Positions 59,332-64,000 of a stretch of 64,000 nucleotides of DNA are shown one piece after another. Source of the DNA: Macrostomum lignano (lineage: Eukaryota). Position 1 is the stretch's first letter, and the number at the start of each line of letters is the position of its first letter. The notes beneath the pieces were generated by a model. The model worked only from the letters and a program-made list of their open reading frames with translations. It made no database searches and was not told where the DNA came from. The stretch covers positions 77,630 to 141,629 of the forward strand of contig NIVC01000863.1 in assembly GCA_002269645.1 (NCBI GenBank), written 5' to 3'. A program made the position numbers and the translations under genes.

Positions 59332-60480
59332 AAGGGAATACAATCCCGGGATTCCGGGATCCCAAAATCCCGGGATTCTAAATCCCGGGATCACACTTGT
59401 ACGGGATTCGAAAATCCCCGGATTGACCATCGGAATCCCGATCCCGGTTTGCAATAATTCAATAATTCATTCGAATCATTATTCTCGAGTAGTACATGTA
59501 GTATCTGCAGCTGAGCTATTGTCAAGTGAAAACCCTAACCCAGTTGGCCGGCTATGATTTATTCATCTTTTAAGCATGCAGGCTAGTGAGAAGGCTAAGG
59601 CTGCAGAAATACAAAACTGAAGCTGTTGGCAGATCGTAGGAAGATTTCAGGTGCAATAATGCACGTGCAACTGTGTGCCTATTATGGTTACTCGCAGACT
59701 AATGTAATCTAAATATACTAAATATTATTCTAAAACCTGTGCACAGAGACTATAGCTAAAGCCATGGAAGCCAATTCCTCATTGTTTCCGATCACATGCA
59801 GTGCTGTTATAGCTTGCCAGACGGGAGTCAAATAATTCTCCCTCTATGAAACCCAGCTAAAATCAGGGGGTCTCCCTCGACCTTGCTCAGATCAGAAGCC
59901 CCCCCCCCCTATGCGAAAGACCTCATTCTCAGCACTGTCAGAACCCACTTTAAATGCCCAGCATAGGGTGGTGGCAGAACTACATGTACTTTAAGCAGTC
60001 CCTACCTTCAAAACTCCTGGGCCATAGTTAATTTGAGATTAGAACACTGGGACCTTGCTATCGGACTAAAACCCAAGCTACTAATTCTCCATCTCCAGAT
60101 GCCTCTGGGTGCCTCTGGGAGGGTGAGGTCTGATCTCCTACAACTCGAGGCTCGAGCCATAGCTCTGTAAGCTATCATTCCCCAGATTACATCACAATCA
60201 GGTGCGATTTTCCTGAGCGGGATACCGGCATGTAACAAAGCACGTCTAATATGCCAGTCCGTACATCACACTCCAATTCAGAGCTCACTGTCAGTTTCTT
60301 GTTAATGTTAGCAAAATTCTACTTTATTACTGAAAGCCATTTAAAAATCAGATTCGATGGCTTCGTAAACCAAAATTGCACCAGCAAGGATGAGAAACTT
60401 TTTTAATTCCGGGATCCCGGGATTCCGGCCCAATTTGTCGGGATCCCGGGATTGGCAAAACTCGGGATTCTGTATTCCTA
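59332..60480. mobile_element. Decayed hAT-like non-autonomous element with ATCCCGGGAT subterminal palindromic repeats
   Basis: Left end AAGGGAATACAATCCCGG and right end CTCGGGATTCTGTATTCCTA are inverted counterparts; clusters of ATCCCGGGAT at 59340-59445 and 60408-60470; no TSD found. Confidence 0.55.
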
Positions 60481-60603
60481 AAATTCCTAAAATTCCAACT
60501 TAACTCTGACTCTGACTCATCGCCAAACTCGAACGACTAACCCGACTCTTCGTGTATCTTTTGTTTAGTGGAATGCCTGTCTAGCCTGGGAATATGGGCT
60601 GTA

Positions 60604-60967
60604 AAAGCAGAAGGCCAACTTCAACGCCCCCCTCCCCCCTCCCCTACCATTACTCATTCCGAGTTCCAGGTGCAAGATCCCCGGGGCCGAGAAAAAGCCT
60701 TCTCAGTTGATTAGGCACTAAGGTTCGATATTCTACATAGAATTCCACTGAGTCACACATTGTGAGGGTAGGAAATTTAGAGCACACACAACCGGTCATA
60801 CAGTAAAAGCCCTTCTCTTATCTCTCTCTCCGCACCGACTGAATGGGGGATTCAGAATTCTTATGTGCACAAACTCAACCCCACATTTTTCATTTCGTAT
60901 ATATTGGGGCAGAGAAGCACACAAGATAGGGGGGGGGGGAGGGGCGTTGAAGTTGGCCTTCTGCTTT
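60604..60967. mobile_element. Inverted-repeat-bounded element (MITE candidate)
   Basis: AAAGCAGAAGGCCAACTTCAACGCCCC (60604-60630) is the exact reverse complement of 60941-60967, followed inward by C-run / G-run; true ends and TSD not resolved. Confidence 0.6.
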
Positions 60968-61419
60968 CCAGTCTGTCTCCCTCTCCGCCAATCCGGACTG
61001 CCCACGTCCCGAAGCCCAGCCACCCCTCCTGTGCATACACAAGCGCCTTTCTATAAACTAACTACGCTTTCTCGGCTCTCGTCGTCTCGTCTCTCCTCTC
61101 TCCCTTGCTTTCAACAAGGCGTTTGGAATTCTATGAATTCTACAGTTCTACATTGGTGAGTTTTGAAAGCACAGCTTGTAATTCTTAATGCCTCGGCATT
61201 ATCAGTATCTAGCGCTATAAATTAAAAAAGATCGTTTAAATTAGAATTATGGATGGACCAATTTTATTTTTTATGCCTTGGCTTTATTTTCATAGGTTTT
61301 ATCGACGACGATTTGAGACTAAGAACATTCTTTTAATTTAGTTTAGGCCAAAAAGGATAATAAGCCAATAAACCATCGTCCCACCTTTGAAGACGACAGC
61401 GTCTTCATTCACTAGTAGA

Positions 61420-61613
61420 CAGTAGCGCAACCAGAAATTTTTCAAGGGGGGGGCGGATTCTGAGGGTAAAGTCCCGGGAGGGGGGGGGCGGCGGAGGGGT
61501 GGCTCTGTTTTTGGCGAAAATTCGCTTGGTCCCCCCTTTGATTTTTTTTCGGTCCCCCGCCTAAGGGGGGGGGGCGACCGCCCCCCCGCCCCCCCCCCCT
61601 GGTTGCGCCACTG
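61420..61613. mobile_element. hAT-type MITE, 194 bp
   Basis: TIRs CAGTAGCGCAACCAG / CTGGTTGCGCCACTG (14/15); perfect 8-bp TSD CTAGTAGA at 61412-61419 and 61614-61621; a CAG terminus plus 8-bp TSD is typical of hAT. Confidence 0.9.
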
Positions 61614-61847
61614 CTAGTAGAGTAATACTGTTAATATTAGGATCAAGTTTTCGATAGAAAATCTTTATTCTGGAGAAATCTCCACGAATGTTTTTATTAT
61701 TCTCTAAGGTACTCTACTGTAAGTAGAAATAAAGCTTTTATGTCAATTTTTAGTTAGCAATTCATAGTTTTGTTTTTATTTTAAAATAAACAAATATACA
61801 TAAAAGTAAAACTAAAAAGCGTATAGGTGAGGTGTGGGTGGTTTGCG

Positions 61848-63235
61848 GACTTTGAAGTTGGGGCAGTTTAGAAATTTTGAATTGCCGCCTGCGTTGGAGT
61901 TCACGCGTAACGTGTTTAAAGCCGGAAGAAATATCGCGCAGTCGAATCTCGTGGATTTGTCCGCTGGGTTACTCCGTCTGCCGGGGTCCTCAATTCCGGG
62001 GGAGGGTAGTGAGGTCGGGGGGGGGGTTAAAGAAATGTGCTCTTTGGTAGCCGGGTTTAATCTGTTCGTTCCAGCCGTTCGAATCGGTGCGCTTCGACGT
62101 TTCAAACAAACTTAAACGAAGATCTCGGCTGGCTGATGACGGGGAGCTCCGCCTCTGAGTTCCTCAGGCTCAGGGGGAGGGTAGCTATGGTTGCGGCTGA
62201 GCGGTCTAGTTTTGCCGACGTTCAGAATGCCGAATGCAGACTTTGTAGCCGAAATGGGGACTTCAAAATAAGCTAAATTTTGTAGAGAGTCTTACTAATA
62301 GTAGTAGATCGCTGCAACCACCGCGATTATACGTGGGAAAAGCTCTAAAGCTTACAACTAGCTTGAGTTCCGCTCTAGCGCTTCTCAGTATACCTCTAAG
62401 GGTCAAAATAAATGCTTCCGAGGTCACGAAGGCTAAGACACCGTTTCACACAAGATTAAATGGGCCGAAGTAGCAAGTGGCCAAAACCGGATATTACTAT
62501 TATTATTCAACAAACGCAAAGAGATTATTGGCTACAAACAAATACTAACTTAAATATTATTGTTAAATTGCTGGGCGAGGAGTTGCTCGGGTCGGGAGGT
62601 CGGCTTACAATTAGGGGCCTCTCGTAGTGGGCTGTAGCTAAGGAAGGCGGGCGATTCCACGGAGTTCGGGCAAGGGCCACGAGAGTCTGGCTGGGAAAGG
62701 TGGGGCGCAGACTCCTAAAAAGGGCTCTCATGAACCACTGGGAGGAAACGGGTTACCCTGGGTGGGACAGGAGAGACACCGGGTGGGGAGAGAGGAGGGT
62801 ACACATGGTGGTGATGATCAAACACCGGGTGGACCCTAAGGAAAACCACAGACAAACAAAAATTATACTGGAGGTGGGAAGGAAAATACCTTAAGGGAAA
62901 CGGATTTCCACGCAGGGAAATGACGTCAGCAATGCGCAATTTACTGGTGAGCAAATCCACACGGCGGAATTGAGTTACGTTCGGTGGGAGTAGTGGGAGG
63001 CCTTCGCCTACCACAGTAGCTGAGGTCGTAATCTAGCGGTCATAATTAGACAGGTCATTCAAGTCCTCTGACAGCGAGGTTTTATGTGCGTCGATCTGCC
63101 TTAAAGCTTACTAAGAGTAGCGTAATGCTGCCACCACCGTAATTTACGTATTACGGAACGTTATATTCTAAGAGCTTGCTTAGTTGAGAATGTTATTTTA
63201 CGCCCCATGGGCAAAGTATTTAGGATGAAGCCATG
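61848..63235 (+). repeat. Unclassified dispersed repeat, copy B, with internal partial duplications
   Basis: Homologous blocks at 61876-62010 and 63120-63210 match copy A; partial extra blocks near 62140-62190 and 62290-62340. Confidence 0.6.
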
Positions 63236-64000
63236 GACTTATTGATCAAAGAATAAATATGAATTAATGTCATCTATTTTTGGAGAGGCTGGATAATCAG
63301 TTCAACCGAGCTGCTACGCAAGATAATTCGCAGATGCCGCGGTGCGGAGAGGCTAGTTTTAGGGGGACTTAAGCGCTAAAGTAAGTAGTAAATATAGAAG
63401 CACGCAATAACAAAGGTAAGCAAAAGGAGCAAGAGCAAGTTCGAAAGTTGGGTAAGAAGTAAGTAAGAAATAAAGTCAGGATCGTTTCTTTTTAACAGGT
63501 AAGCAAAAGGTAGGTGGGTTAAATAGAAGCAAAACGAGTGAACGGGTTCCTCATTTTGGAAAAATATGTACCTGTCGTAGTCCTATTTTCAACTTGTATT
63601 TAAATATTGCCCTTCCAAGTTGAGGTGCTCGACTCGGAGGGGGCCAGTTGGTGGCTGTTAAAATTATGCTACATGGTATTACTTGCGCTTCAAGGGAGTT
63701 AGTCTTAATTTTGTGGTGCAACTGCAGAGACCCTACGCTTATCAAAAGATGCAAACACTGAAACAGAATAAAGAATATCACAGCTGATAGTTTGTTTAAA
63801 AGGTTGTTACTGTAGAGGAAGTGAATAATGGGTACTTGGAACTGGACCGGGGTAGTGCATGATCAAGATCAATCGCAAAGTTCACCTGGTCATTGAGAAG
63901 CGCCTAAGAAGACATAAGCTACTTAAAAAACGATAGACTGTAGAATAGAATTTTCTGGGTTTGGTCCTTGTAATAGTATAAATATCTTGAGTTCTTTTTA

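Noticed and set aside
62120-62270. CTGATGA motifs (also near 32900, 51056 and 53588) as hammerhead ribozyme cores
   Set aside because: No stem II followed by GAAA could be built

Overview
Eukaryotic (animal) genomic DNA: GC-rich exons sit in AT-rich, extremely tandem-repeat-rich introns and intergenic DNA (hand tally about 27 kb, roughly 40%, in more than 30 arrays). The style and gene content suggest an invertebrate, possibly a free-living flatworm such as Macrostomum; this is inference only. Five protein-coding genes could be assembled by hand, with GT-AG junctions and consistent phases for the four spliced ones: (1) TMEM184B, + strand, 5 exons, 444 aa; (2) an intronless, motif-divergent rhodopsin-class peptide-receptor-like GPCR, +; (3) a secreted PAN/Apple + F-type (fucose) lectin with an intact HX26RXDX4R motif, +, 2 exons, 235 aa; (4) an NCAM/Fasciclin-II-like 5xIg + 2xFN3 protein with a probable GPI signal, -, 4 exons, 860 aa; (5) a type II membrane GT32 DXD glycosyltransferase of the SUR1/OCH1-like type, -, 4 exons, 359 aa. 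Most long ORFs in the track are translations of tandem repeats. Mobile DNA includes two tRNA-derived CORE-like SINE copies, several MITEs (two with near-perfect TIRs and perfect 8-bp TSDs) and an unclassified dispersed repeat. Most notable: 9 of 11 introns carry their own minisatellite; one 21-bp family sits in inverted orientation in intron 2 and the 3' UTR of the NCAM-like gene; a ~60-unit array keeps an invariant hairpin stem with a mostly GNRA loop between G-runs; and the glycosyltransferase looks fungal/bacterial-like. No CRISPR array, rRNA or true tRNA gene was found, and no wholly new system could be demonstrated from sequence alone.
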